64,000 bases of DNA, taken from positions 98,890,001-98,954,000 of the forward strand of contig OX597814.1 of assembly GCA_951406725.2 (NCBI GenBank). The letters are read 5' to 3'. Each line of letters starts with the position of its first letter. Position 1 is the first letter of the stretch. Origin of the DNA: Octopus vulgaris. Taxonomy: Eukaryota. Below the pieces are notes generated by a model. That model worked only from the letters and a program-made list of their open reading frames with translations, was not told the origin of the DNA and made no database searches. This document shows, one piece after another, positions 13,842 to 27,375 of this stretch. The position numbers were made by a program, and so were the translations under genes.

Positions 13842-14240
13842 ATTCTTTTATTCTTTTACATGATTAAATTATTTAACTGTGGCGATGCTGGAGTACCGCT
13901 TTGAAGTGTTTTTCTCGAACAATTCGACTGAAAGACTTATTTTCAAGACTAGTACTTGTTCTATCAACTGCAAAGGTATGGGGACGTAAACACCCAAACA
14001 CCGGTTGTCAAGCGATGATGGGGGAGAAACAGAGACACAAAGACATACACGCACACACACACACACAAATATTCAACTGACTGGAGTCTTTCAGTTTCGG
14101 TCTCCCAAATTTATTTACAAGTCTTTGGTCGTCCCGAGGCTATGGTTGAAGACACCTTTCCAAGGTGCTACGCAGTGGCACTGAACCTCGGATGCATGTA
14201 GTTGGGAAGCAAGCTTCTTCTCACACAGCCACGCCTGCGA
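13842..14240 (-). mobile_element. SINE family B (diverged)
   Basis: gggacgtaaacacccaaacaccggttgtcaagcgatg...ccgaggctatggttgaagacac...ctcacacagccacgcctgcg. Confidence 0.75.
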
Positions 14241-14241
14241 C

Positions 14242-14279
<38 letters not shown>

Positions 14280-14296
14280 TATGTATATATATACAC

Positions 14297-14340
<44 letters not shown>

Positions 14341-14381
14341 ACATACTTACGTAGATACATAGTTACATACATACGTAGAAA

Positions 14382-14427
<46 letters not shown>

Positions 14428-14735
14428 CATACATACATGCACCTACACACTCAGACTCACTTATATATTCACACACGTATAATATTAACTGGATATTTCT
14501 GAAAACAAAAGCAACATTATCAGTATATTTCAATGGCATTTCAGTACATTCAGTATATATTTATATATATTCAGTATATTTCTATGACAAAGAGCTCAAC
14601 TTTCAAAGATATTGTGCTCTAAGCTAGCATTTAAAAGCATGAAAAATACTATATACAGTGATATGCTTCCACGTAATACATATGAAGGAATTTTTCAGTA
14701 AGGCGGTGCCTCATGTTATAACATCCACTATGTTG

Positions 14736-14780
<45 letters not shown>

Positions 14781-15349
14781 AACACTTCAATTCTTAACTT
14801 AACCCAATAGAAAATCAATGGTAAAGCCTCAAGGGACTGGTATCAGTTTCCAAATCGAGCATCAAAACTCACTTAATCGAAGATCTAAATAACGGCTAGT
14901 TAAGATCATAAATATGTTGGAGATCCAATTGCTTATCTGCAGAAATGAATTGATGCGGTAATCAAAGCTAACCTTACTAAATACTAAAATAGACTGCCAT
15001 ATTGCAAACCATATATAATGGATTTGCCTCATAAAGTTTTTATATTCCTGTGCTTTAGGCCGACGTACAATTTTTTTACTGCATTTTAACCTCAAATTTG
15101 CCTTATTCAGATGAAGAACAATAGCAATTTTAAAACCATTTGCGTTAGAGAATAATAAAAGATCAATTGAAGATGGCTAAAAAGTAGTTATTAGTAAGGA
15201 AGAGGGGTAAAAGCAACAGACAACAACTATTTATGGTCAAAATTTTGGCCACTAGTGGGTGCATGTGTGCATTTGTGTATGCGTGTTTGTGCGCATATAT
15301 ATATATAAATATATATATATATACATATATGTATGCATTTATGTATGTA

Positions 15350-15600
15350 AGATCCACAAAGAGCAGATCTGCAGGTCTTAGTGGTCCAAATCAGATGTGC
15401 AATCTATGTGGATGCCTTTTCAGGACGTTGTCTGGTTTAAAAAGCCACATCAGACGCCATGATGGGGCTAAGGTGTAGGTACAGGGAGTGGTCAAACTTT
15501 GTATAAGGAGTAGACAACTGCCATGTATGTATGTATGCATGTATGTATGTATGTATGTATGTATGTATGTATGTATGTATGTATGTATGTATGTATGTAT
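15350..15600 (+). mobile_element. 3' end of an RTE-type LINE (C-terminal C2H2 finger, short 3' UTR, (TATG)n tail)
   Basis: A single CNLCGCLFRTLSGLKSHIRRH finger, then a stop, about 40 bp of UTR and a (tatg)n tail. This architecture is typical of RTE ORF ends. Confidence 0.6.
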
Positions 15601-17767
15601 GTGTGTATATATGTAGGTATACATGTGTTAGCGCATTTAACAGAAAGAGAATGTGTTATATAAATAAAACACAAGTATGGATGGGGTTATTTCCCTATTG
15701 GACTCTATTTTGAATATCTAAATCAACCTTATCGTTATAGATATACAAACGTGCAAAAACAAACACAAACACACGCATGCGCATGGACACGCCTCCCATA
15801 TGCACAACCTCCCATGTGCATGCAGATATTCATAAGCACTTCTGAGCTTTTGTTCTATTGTTTATCTTTTTAACTCGAAGGCATTAAATTTAAATTATTT
15901 CTCTCATGCCGACAAGTATGCAGAAATATAGATTCACTTCTAGGATTGACTATTCCAGTTCACAGATAAATAATTAAAGACTTTATTTCTAATATAATAT
16001 ATAAGATATAATTCATGTTCATGCGTTTTGTGTAGAGAAACCGTCAATCAACAATGAAAAGGAAGAAAACCAACGGTAACAAAAACTAGACAAAACAAAA
16101 CTTCTATCCAAAGCCGTATTTTATTTATTCCAATCAAGGACGCTAAACAACAGCATTATTATCTAAATAAGTGATAATGAAAAACAAGTAAAGAACAGTT
16201 GACTTGTTCAGACATGAGGTAGAATTGATTTCACTTCGATATTTAATGAAGAGCTGGAAAAAAACCCCAACAATAACATACTAAGCAATATCGTTTACAG
16301 CTTAATCGAATAAACTTACTGCTTAGGAAACTATTATTCGGGATTGTTCTTTCTAAACAAGATGTGCTCATTTTATGGACTTTGTATCGACATAACAATG
16401 TCGGTAAATACGTAATAGTTCAATAAAAAATTTCTTTCACTTTAGTAGCGACATCCTGTTAAGAAATTGATTCTATTGATCTTTGCTAGTTATATTTTGA
16501 GGGCAAACGCTTGTGCGCGGAGGATGCTTTTCTTCTCTATCTCTAAATGCAGAAATCGATGTCTCATCAAGCGGTGAAGTAGCTCAGTGGGTGTTTCGGC
16601 CCTTTCCACCACAAGATCAGAACTGCCAGAACTGTCCACCGATGTAGGTGATAAAAACTCCCCCACAAAAGCAAGAACTTAGTCAAGTCAAATATTGCAA
16701 CACTGGGCCAGATATTTTTACCATCCTCAATGCTCGTTCTTACAGCACCATTCGCCTTATCTCTTGAGCTAATTGTAATGACTTGCTGTTTCAGCAGTTT
16801 CCGATGATTTTTCAGGCAACGTCTTTTGTCTCCGCAACCAGGTCCAAAATTACCGAGCATCAAGTGAGCCCTAGTTCCAACAAACCCTCCAACACCTATC
16901 TCTACGGGAGAACATATTGCCTCCATCCATTGCTCTCACAGAGCTCAACCAACTCACTGAATTTTCTGTTCACCTTAACGCACTAAGCAATATCGGCCAT
17001 AGCTTAATCGAATACTCATACTGTCAAGTAGAACGCGGTATTTTCTTATAAAAACGTTTAATATATTTTATAGTATATTATGGTTGCATAACGAAATACC
17101 ACGTACCTACAAGTCATAAGTATTTACGTACCAGCTTCCAGGCATGCGTTTAATATGTAAATTGGTATATCCATTAACTATACATCGCTATATATAGAGA
17201 CTATTTAAGCGATGTGTTCGAGGATGATTAATGAATTAGGTGGGTGCAGATGAACGGGCAAAATCCCCCGAAATATGGTATATACGTCCATTGCCCATTT
17301 TTCATCTTCAATCTCGTTGTTTGTTTACATCTGATATCTCGTATACGAAACGTAGCAACAAAAATCAATGTTAGCTATTTGTATCCAATCAAATAATATT
17401 CGGGATTTTTCTTTCTGAACATGATGTACTCTTTTTATGGACATTGTATGATGTTGCTAAATAAATAGCTGTTAAATATAAAAAGAAAACTTTCGCTTTA
17501 CTATTAACATGCTGTTAAGAAAAACGATTCTTTTCATTACTACAAGTTATAGATTTCGTTATTAATTTTGTTTACGCTATAATTTTATAACTTTTGTATA
17601 CTCAATTCTGCTGGTGGAATCCTTTACTTAGTAGTTGTCAACTAATGATGAATATATTGAGATATGTGTGTATGCATGTTTGTGTAAATACACAATATAT
17701 ATACACACATACATATATATACATATGTACGAATATATATGTATGTATATATGTATGTATATGTATG

Positions 17768-17841
<74 letters not shown>

Positions 17842-17889
17842 GTACGTATGTACTTAAAGATACACATATATATGTTTGTATGTATGGAT

Positions 17890-18030
17890 GTCATTATTCA
17901 GTTTTATTTCAAGATTTCTTGCCAATAGAAAGAGTCGGTTTCTAACCTAGTTCCAAGGTTCCTTCATTGAAATTTCAACACAAGCAACAAGGTATTTTTG
18001 TATGTATGTATGTATGTATGTATGTATGTA
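17890..18030 (-). mobile_element. 3' UTR fragment of the (TACA)n-associated RLE LINE family
   Basis: Reverse complement of 23630-23732 (ggcaagaaatcttgaaataaaactgaataatga), flanked by tatg repeats. Confidence 0.7.
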
Positions 18031-18285
18031 TACGTGCAGATTTGTATGTTTTGCTTTATGTACGTCTTCTCATGCATATACTTGCATATCTAGACATGCT
18101 CATATATATTTAAATGATAAACGTCTGGAAAGTCTCACAGATTTTTTTTCAGTTCTAGTAATAGATTGGATTTGTAGTCTTCGAATTAGCTTTGTTTGAC
18201 AGCTTAATAGCGTTCGTCCATCTTTGGGTTCTGAGTTCAAATTCCACCGAGGTTGGCTTTACTTTTCATCCTTTCAGGGTCGATA

Positions 18286-18600
18286 TTATCTTTGTTACTG
18301 ATCTTCAGCTTTGTGTTAGCATCCGCAGGGCAGCTCATTTCTACAACTGTACACAGCTTCTCTTCTCTATCACAGATCATTATATCATATCTGTTGTGCT
18401 TACATTTTATTGAGGTCTTCGCTGGGACATTCCACCAGTACTCCTTTTTTTGTGAGTGGCTATGGCTCCTACTCTACTGTGGGTTCGTATTTCTTTGTCC
18501 TCGGGATTATCCTTCTGACAGATTTTATTACAGAGTGTCCTAGCTACAACATTAGTCACATTGGTACATATTACCATGATGACATTTTCGGACGATTATT
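18286..18600 (-). pseudogene. decayed RLE-domain fragment of a non-LTR retrotransposon (R4/Dong-like)
   Basis: Minus translation EYWWNVPAKTSIKCKHNRYDIMICDRE-KLCTVVEMSCPADANTKLK is homologous to the 23.3 kb copy. Confidence 0.7.
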
Positions 18601-19327
18601 TATGATGTAGGAGATATATTCGGTGTATGTATGTATGTATGTATGTATGTATGTATGTATGTATGTATGTATGTATGCATGCATGCATGCATGCATGTAT
18701 GTATGTATGTGTAGGTCGAAAATGTGCTAAGAGAATCAATTCAAATTGACCAATAAGTGGATGTGAACTGATTTCCATAGAAGATTGATTGTTGAGTTGA
18801 GTAAAGACTGTAAGTTTGCAAACGTAGGCTTGCAGAAAGAAATATCAACTCTCCTAAATGCTCTTCTCTCCTTCCTCTAAAGAAATACTTTTAATCCTTT
18901 CCCTTTATCTCTTAACTTACTAATATATAGTCAGCCGTGAGGATTTTAAAATTTGAACCAAGACAGACAAATTCCTAACGAAATATTGCCGAAACGCATC
19001 TAAATAAGTGAAACAAGTATACGAAGTGAACGCTGATATTTTACAATTATCGGTTAAATGTGAACTATTGTTAAGCTATAGCCTCTGGTTAGTAGACAAA
19101 TCTTTACAATATACTGAGGAAGTTAGATTGAGAAAACTGCTCGAATAATTATGTTATCTGAAGATTGGGGGATTTTAGATGATGGTTGGCTAGTTGGTTG
19201 TACAATAGGTCATTGGAATGTACGGACTACGTTTATTGTTGTCTCTATAAAGCTCCTTCCGTCCTGCAAGTGTAAGCAGAGTTTATAGAGTTATGAACAC
19301 ACACACGCACACACAAGCACACGCATG

Positions 19328-19361
<34 letters not shown>

Positions 19362-19448
19362 CTCACATACACACATACACAAACACGCATACTTATCTGT
19401 CTATACTTCTCCCTAGGTCTTCGTGCTTGTATATACATTAACATGTAT

Positions 19449-19557
<109 letters not shown>

Positions 19558-19865
19558 TCACATATATATATATGTATATGTATATGTTCGTGTGTGTGTG
19601 TATGTATGTATGTATGACTAATACACACACATATGCATATTTATATATACTTTTCTCCCTTGTTTTCTCAGTATCTCTCACAAAATATTTGTGAGTCTAT
19701 GTGTGTGTGTGTGTGTGTGTTTGTGCGTGTGTTTTGTTGTGAAGTGAATGTGGATACTTACATACAAACATGTATATTGTATTTATATATTTGTTTATGT
19801 ACAAATGCACATTTATGCACAAAATGAAAAGAAACACCGGTTTATATATATATATATATATATAA

Positions 19866-19926
<61 letters not shown>

Positions 19927-20698
19927 GACGTATTTGCTTTTTTATGTGTATATGTATAAATAATGTGTGTATGAATGTATGCGCGCGTGAGTGTATGTGT
20001 TTATGTGCGAGTGTTTTCGCGCGCGCTTGTGTATGTATGTGTGCACGCGCATGTGTACTTGAGTGTTATTGTGCTTAATCTTGACACCAGGCTCTATAAA
20101 CACACAGATGTCCAGAGGCTAGGAATTATCGACACTTGGGATTTAGAATACTAAAATGAGTGTTAAACCTAAAAGAAACGAACACAATAAGTACTCCGAT
20201 ACATTGTGAGTTCGTTGTGTATCTTGAGTTTGATGATTGTTCACGAAAAAATTACCTTGAGGTATTAGGATCCAATGGGATTAAGAGCATGTGTTGTTTG
20301 GTTTAATTCAGGATGTTGGCAGAACAGGAAGTAGTAGTAATTGTGGTTCTTCAGTTCCTGTGTTGTGAGTAAGGGGAGACAACTCTTTTGAGGTAAAACC
20401 CAAATTATAAAATTATCATTTTAGCTTCATTTGCGTTATCTTTTTTATATAATTGTTTGTTAACTTAACTTTCAGATTTTAACATTTTATTTATATTATT
20501 TTCTAATTATATAAATCTGCATAGACGATTGCATTTCAGATTGTCATATCATTTATAATAAAAATGATAGTAATAACAACAATAGTAAAAATGATATTTA
20601 AAGAATATAAGTTTTAGCTTGAAGTGATGAATGCATGGTATCTTTATATATTTGTGTTAGTCCATCCATGAAGAGTGAGATAGAAAAAGGAAGTTTGA

Positions 20699-21900
20699 TC
20701 AACGAGGAGTTTGCATATTAAGTTGTGTTTGGAATTTTTCAATAAAGAGATTCTCCTTGTTAATTCTCTCCTGTGTGGTGATCCCGTCTTTACATTGGTA
20801 GAAGGGGAATATATAGAATTTGGGGTTTAAGTCTTTAGCACATGAGTCTAAGTGGTCACTCAGTGGAATTTGTCGGTATTCCGGGAGATTTATTTGTTCT
20901 TTATGCACCGTTACTCGTTTACGTAACGGGAGACTCGTTGTCCAACATAATTATGTTGGCAACCAGCGCATGTGAGAACGTAGATAAGGTTCTCGGAGGA
21001 ACAGGAGAAGTTAGTCTTGATTTTAAACTTCGTACCTTGTTTGAAGGTAAATTCAGAGCCTTCAAGTAGAAAGGGGCAGGTACCACAGTTTGAGCGTGCA
21101 CATTTTTTTACTGTTGGGGGTGGATGTGGTGTGTGAAGTTTGGCATTTGTCAAGAGTTTTTTTTAAAGATTTGTGTTGCCTTTTACATTTGAGGATTTTG
21201 TGTGTATTTATAATGTTTTTCATTTTTGGGTCTGTTGACAGTAGACTGAGGTTTTGTATGATTGTGGTGTATGCTTCGATATTTTTGGGGTTGTGGGTGG
21301 AAATGTATGGAAGTATTTTGAGGTTGTGTGTGGTGTTAGGTTGGGTGGTTTTCAGTGTAGTGTTATCTAGTTCTTTGGCGCGTTTTATTCTATACTCTAT
21401 AAGGGTGGAGGGATATTGACGTTGTAATAGTGTTTTTTTGAGGTCTTGAAGGCGTATTTCTCGTGTTTTTGGATCCGAGACAATGGTGCATACCCTTTTA
21501 GCTAAATTGAAAGGGATATTTGTCTTGGTGTGTTTTGGGTGGCATGAACTAAAGAGGAGGTATTGTTGTGAGTCTGTAGGTTTGTGGTAGATGTCTGTTA
21601 TGATTTGGTTCTTAGGTGTTTTTATAATTAGGAGATCAAGGAATGGGAGATGATGTTTGATTAATTCCATAGTGAATTGGATGTTGGGACGTATGTTGTT
21701 TAGTATGGTTTTGAATTCCAGGAGTTTTTCATAAGGTTCTTTCCATATGATGAAACAATCATCTAAATACCTTTTCCAGTTTTCTATTAGGTAGGTGTGG
21801 AAAACATGTCCAAATTTCTGGCTTGATATTTCATAGAGTGACAGTTCGAAGTAACCCATTATGAGGTTCGCAAGGACTGGTGCAGCCTTGGTACCCATCG
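20699..21900 (-). pseudogene. 5'-truncated Penelope-like retroelement: RT plus GIY-YIG endonuclease, frameshifted
   Basis: MGTKAAPVLANLIMG, WKRYLDDCF, LPFLDLLI, YHKPTDSQQYL...SCHP (PLE RT and thumb). Cys linker CARSNCGTCP. NLIYVLTCAGCQHNYVGQ (GIY-YIG) and ERINKENLFIEKF-LN. Spread over three frames. Confidence 0.92.
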
Positions 21901-22060
21901 TAATGGGTACCAACTTTTTTAACATAAATATTCTTGACAAGTCATACAATGACGAAAACCGGTTGAATAAATATATATTTATATATTTTATCAATTTCTC
22001 ATTTTATTAAAATTTTCTTTCATTTGAGCATTCTGCATTTTTAAAAAAATTTTTCCTTGC

Positions 22061-22092
<32 letters not shown>

Positions 22093-22243
22093 CATATATA
22101 TATGAGTTGTGAACTTTATACTCCTGTCTTTAATCATCTGTCTGTATTCTATCTACCGTTTTACTCATTATTCTTCTATCTTCTATTTTCTTCCTTATAA
22201 ACTGCGAATTTCCCTATCTAGATCTTTCATACATACTCACCTC

Positions 22244-22319
22244 GTCTCTGATGACGGAATAATCAGTGTACGGAGATGCTAGCCTCTCACTTGGGATATC
22301 CCCAAAACAGCTGTAAGAC
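22244..22319 (+). ncRNA. decayed type-I hammerhead motif near the 5' end of the Penelope-like element
   Basis: gtct CTGATGA cggaata...tatcccc AAAA cagctg TA agac. Stem I gtct/agac and palindromic stem III acagctgt. GAAA is mutated to AAAA. Confidence 0.6.
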
Positions 22320-23295
22320 TTCAAATTAACCTTACACTAATTAAATATTCTAAATGACTTGAGATATTTGTCCTGCCTTGGTTTTGTTGTAATTTTCCTC
22401 TAATATATACTCGCTAACACGGAAGCCTTATACGGATCCCTAGCTCCAGCCTCAGCTGTGAACTTGGAACCTAACTGATGACTAATTATGCACACACTTA
22501 ATTCACTAAACACACACATATCATTATTAAATGTCACATCTTATCTCTTTATTTTTTATAATAAATTTCTCTGGAAGGCATCATGGAGATGGCTTACCGG
22601 TTTGTAGACGAATCATGCCATAATTCTAAATTAACTTACGAGAGAAAGGTGGTATAGAATCTATAAAAGATGCAACTTCAACCTTCGACTGTGCCGCTTA
22701 ACTTGTAATGTTTTAAGCGCAATATTGCATACGCATGCATATTTATCATAAACTACATCTGCAATGCCTACATAGGACTTAAAGATAACAATATCAATTC
22801 CGTTGCGGCTATCCTCTACACTCCTTTCGGAACTTCGCGGAAAACCCCCCTTAGAAACAAAGAAACACCACCAAGTAATCTAGTTATTTATGGTGAATTA
22901 AAGAAAACGGAATATGACTCAGCTTCCAGGGACGTTCGTAGTTATACCATCATTCCAAATACCTGTTGCCTCCTGCTACAAAACCGGTAACGAGCACCGA
23001 AGTCAACAATTCATTCAGATGACGGTGATAACGTTAATGCATTTAGAAATGTTATTGCCCAGACCTAAAAACATTGAGGACTTTTCAGGTAATGCAAAAA
23101 GCCACTGATAAACAAGATGAAGTTCGAAGAGAGTCGTGCTTTCAATGTACCATGCTTGAAAGAAAATCTACTGCATATATATACACTGAAACAGATACGC
23201 ACACAAACGTGCGCATGTATGCAGATTTTTGCACACACTCGTTCACAGACACATGTATATACACCAGTAATACACACACGCATACATACATATAT

Positions 23296-23732
23296 GATAT
23301 AATGATTTGGGATAGAGAAGAGAAACTGTGCGCAGTTGTGGAAATTAGCTGCCCATCAGATGTTAACATAAAGCTGAGGTCAGCGAAGAAAGAGAACATC
23401 TATGCTGAACTATTGAGAAATCTGCAGTTACTCTATCCATATTACAAGTTCAGGTTTGTACCTGTAATTATTGTGGCCCTGGGATATATGATACGCTGCC
23501 TAAATAGCAATCTTGAGAAATTAGGCTTCTCAAAACCAGAAAGGAGAAAGCTAATTCGAAGATTTCAGATCCTACATACATACATACATACATACATACA
23601 TACATACATACATACATACATACATACATACAGAAATACCCTGTTGTTGATGTTGAAATTCCAATGCATCTAGGTTAGAAACCAGTTCTTTCTCTGTTGG
23701 CAAGAAATCTTGAAATAAAACTGAATAATGAA
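23296..23732 (+). pseudogene. RLE endonuclease domain plus 3' UTR of a non-LTR retrotransposon, with (TACA)n
   Basis: DIMIWDREEKLCAVVEISCP..KKENIYAEL..VPVIIVALG is a PD-(D/E)xK-type RLE region. It is followed by (taca)n and a UTR shared with 17.9 kb. Confidence 0.8.
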
Positions 23733-24925
23733 ATACATACACACGTATGTATACATGCATATGTACAGTAATATGTATTTACATGCATAAACGCTCACAC
23801 ACTCATATATATATTTATATGTATGTATATGCATTTGTGTGTATAAATGCATGTATATGCGAGAGATCTTGCTGAAAAATAATGCATTTACACACACACA
23901 CGCGCATTCACACACACACACACACACACAGGCATTCACACACACATGATGTATATTTTACGAATGCAAATCCGCACACACATACTTACGCGCGCGCGCG
24001 GTCATACACGCATATACAAGCATGCGTATAGATACTCATGCATAATCTCTTGTCTATACTGATATGGATAATAATTCATCTTTGATATTTTATATCACAG
24101 TGGTCTTAAATCTATAGTCTTCACGAAATTAGTTTGGCAAAATAGCTGAAATTTCACTCAAATCATCGATCTGAGGAGCTAAAATATCGTAAGGTGAATC
24201 GTTACTGTCAAGAACATATTTAAAATTTTTAGATGGAAAGAAAGATCTCTCTACTGTACTTGTAAACGGATATTGCATTGTCAAATGACCTATGTGAAAC
24301 ACTACTATTATCCCACGATATTTAAATCGTAGATACTTGAAAATAAGACTATTATATAACGTTCATTGGGAATAAAATGTCGTCCGCTGTATTGCTGGTT
24401 TATGCATAATTCTCACGGCTATTCTGTACCGTAAGTCTGAATGCGGAAATCAATATAAAACCACAAAGTTAAACCAGGTGTTTCTGCGGTAGAGTACTTA
24501 ATAAGATTGGTTAGATGACTAATTCAATGGTTTATAGTCGCGAGTTCGAAGTTTAATTCAGTCATACGTTCACCAACGTTCCATTAATATAACACGTGGT
24601 ATTAATGTATTTATTGCTAATAATGTAACTCATGACTTCTATGGTTTAGAAGTTCGTTTCATATCCCCGTGGTTCTGATTTCGCGTCTACAGCGCAACAC
24701 GGTGGGCAAATGAACTCTATTTTTGCTTTTCGTTTTGCCCAAAGATTGAAAAGGAAATTTTGGGCACGGACAATGTTTTCATATATAGTGTATATTTATA
24801 TGTGTAAATACATGTATGTATGCATGCATGCATATACACACACACACATACATACATACATACATACATACATACATACATACATACATACATACATACA
24901 TACATACTACTACTCTCTCTCTCTC

Positions 24926-24974
<49 letters not shown>

Positions 24975-24984
<10 letters not shown>

Positions 24985-25180
24985 CCAAACAAGAAAACAA
25001 AAACAAAAAAACAACAACGCAAGGACGTGGAACAAATAAAGTATTATTGGACGCTCAGGAAAGAAGGGAAGAAGGTTTGACGGTTCGAGCGGAGCTCTTC
25101 GTCGGAAACATAGGAGAAGGAAAGATCCCGAGAAGGGAAGACAGGGGAAAAAATCGCTAGTGATACAGACGAGGTCACAT
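24975..25180 (-). mobile_element. short hammerhead-bearing element (family E) abutting (TA)n
   Basis: Homologous to 37865-38012 and 46797-46995. Motif at 25075-25109 minus: gttt CCGACGA agagctccgctc GAAc cg TC aaac. Confidence 0.75.
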
Positions 25181-25376
25181 ACTAAATGACGGAAGTAGTA
25201 AAAGTAGAAGAATAATGTTTTTAAAAGACAGAAGAGCTATATCAAAGACTGTATGGTAAAGAAAGTGAGAGGGGGAATGTGTGTGGGTGTAGTCTGTGTG
25301 GGTGAAGTGCGTGCGGGGAAATCAGCGTGTGCGCGTGTGTGTGTATGTGTGCAATGATGACACGTGTGTGTGTGTG

Positions 25377-25422
<46 letters not shown>

Positions 25423-25457
25423 GCGAACAACTGGCTAGCAGTTGTTCGCCATACAAC

Positions 25458-25566
25458 TTTAGTTTATCGGGGTCGATAAATTAAATACCAGTTGAATACT
25501 GGGGTCGATGTGATCAACCTTCCCCCTCCCCACAAACATCCAGGCCTTGTGCCTAAGGTAGAAATG

Positions 25567-25598
<32 letters not shown>

Positions 25599-25780
25599 GG
25601 TAGCGAGCTGACAGAATCGTTAGCATGCCGGGAATGCTAACGATTTCAAATTCCACGAGGTCGACTTTGCCTTTTAACTTTCGAGGCCAATTAAATAAAT
25701 ACCAGTTACGCACTTGTGTTGATGTAATCGACTTAATCCCTTCCCCCAAATTTGAGGCCTTGTTCTTTCAGCAGAAATGT
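25458..25780 (+). mobile_element. two SINE family A fragments separated by (TTA)n
   Basis: ggggtcgataaattaaataccagttg and gagctgacagaatcgttagcatgccggg...gaggtcgactttgcc. Confidence 0.7.
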
Positions 25781-25789
25781 TTATTATTA

Positions 25790-26470
25790 CTTTTTTTTAT
25801 CACATGTTTTGTTGGAATTCTTGGGGGTCTTGCATGCGTAGCGGGCTTGCTACCTGTAGCCTACGGTACCATGTTATCTATTCTTTTCAGCTATCGGATA
25901 CTCCCCTGACAATTCTGGCCGTGCCAGAGAGGCCAAACTTTTGTTAGAGTTCTACTGGGCATTCAATTTCCTTGATATTCCTCTTGATGCCTTCTGATAC
26001 TTTTCCCAAGGACCCAACGATAATTGGCACTATGTTCGCCTTCTTCATTTTCCACAGCCGGGCTATTTCGTACTTAAGAGGATTGTATTTATGTATTTTT
26101 TCGCCTTCCTTCTTGAATATTCGTGGTTCAAAGGAGTATGCAATATCAGCTATTTAGCACGCGTGATGCATCTTGTCAACCACTACTCGGTCTGGTCTGT
26201 TATGCTTTAGCACCTGAACTGCTTGGATTGGAAAATCCCAGAGGATTTTGTTTGTCTCCAACTCCGCCGCTCTCTGTGATTTGTGCTCATACCACGTCTT
26301 GCCTCACTCTAGACCCCACTTTTCGCACAGCTTCTAATGTAGCGCTTTCGCTACCTGATCATTTCGCCATAACTTGTAGTGGTTTTGTGTAAGTCTACGG
26401 CATTAGTTTGTAATACGGGTAATGGTTTCATCCACCCTATTACAGATGCGGCACAACGGAGACACTTGCT
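25790..26470 (-). pseudogene. 3' part of an R4/Dong-like RLE LINE, decayed
   Basis: Minus: CRICNRVDETI...LWDFPIQ...HNRPD...IADIA...KYNPLKYEIARLW...IVPIIVGSLG, with stops. The 3' end abuts ttattatta. Confidence 0.8.
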
Positions 26471-26504
26471 CCATTTCAAAGGTTAACCCTCCAGTATGTG
26501 TGGT

Positions 26505-26685
26505 GTTTTTCTATGTTTGTTTACGTACTCCATAACTTAAGAATTCGACAAAGGAACAGATAGAATAAGTACTCGACTGAAAATATAAGTATTGGGGACG
26601 GTTTGATCGACTAAACTCTTCAAGGCGGTACCCCTGAACGGAGCAGTTCAATGACTGAAACGGGTAAAAGATAAAAGATAAAGAT
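26505..26685 (+). mobile_element. SINE family B, 3' half
   Basis: gatagaataagtact...gactaaactcttcaaggcggt...atgactgaaacgggtaaaagataaaaga. Confidence 0.65.
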
Positions 26686-27072
26686 TATGTTCGAAATTAA
26701 CTGAAACGAATATAATGTATATAAGCACATGTAGAGTATGGTGTGTGAAAGAACAGAATGAGCTGACGATCACTTCGATTTACTGATGATACTAATAATT
26801 CAACGTGTTAAATATGCTTCGCTGAAAAGATCTAATAAGACCTGTTTGTTGCTTTAATCAGTTGTTAATAGACAAAATCTGACTTCAATCAGCAGCATCT
26901 TTATTTTCCAAGTTTTGGTTTAGGCGAATTTTTCTATTTATCCATCGGGTATGTTCTATTATATCTAAATTTTAAACAGTCCTAAAGTAAGATTTCGTCT
27001 ACTAATTGCGAGAATATACTAATTTTAATGATCTTTTTTTTTATATTTATTTCCCCCCCCTACTTATTATAT

Positions 27073-27375
27073 TGTGGAGGCACAATGGCCCAGTGGTTAG
27101 AGCAGAGGCTCGCGGTCGGAGGATCGCGGTTTCGATTCCCAGACCAGGTGTAGTGTGTGTTTATTGAGCGAAAACACCTAAAAGCTCCACGAGGCTCCGG
27201 CAGGGGGTGGTTGCAACCCCTGTGGTACTCTTTCGCCACAACTTTCTCTCACTCTCTCTTCCTGTTTCTTGAGTAACGCTGCGATGGACTGGCATCCCGT
27301 CCAGCTGGGGGTGGGACACATACGCCACAGAAGCCGAGAAATCGGGCCCATGATGGCTAGGCTTGAAAAGGGCGG
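27073..27375 (+). mobile_element. tRNA-derived SINE family C, tail type 2
   Basis: Head gtggaggcacaatggcccagtggttag...ggtttcgattccc. The tail gcgatggactggcatcccgtccagctggg...ggctaggcttgaaaagggcg is shared with 45825-45920 and 63780-63890. Confidence 0.8.

Noticed and set aside
15233-15478. C2H2 zinc finger as a host zinc-finger gene exon
   Set aside because: It is a single finger with no TGEKP linkers, followed at once by a stop and a simple-repeat tail. This fits an RTE LINE 3' end better.
21901-21994. N-terminus of the 310-aa ORF as the true start of the PLE protein
   Set aside because: RT homology ends at the hairpin near 21900. The upstream residues come from AT-rich flank.
27073-27145. 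tRNA gene
   Set aside because: The tRNA-like head continues into a multi-copy SINE body and lacks a clean acceptor stem or terminator. The same applies to the other SINE heads.
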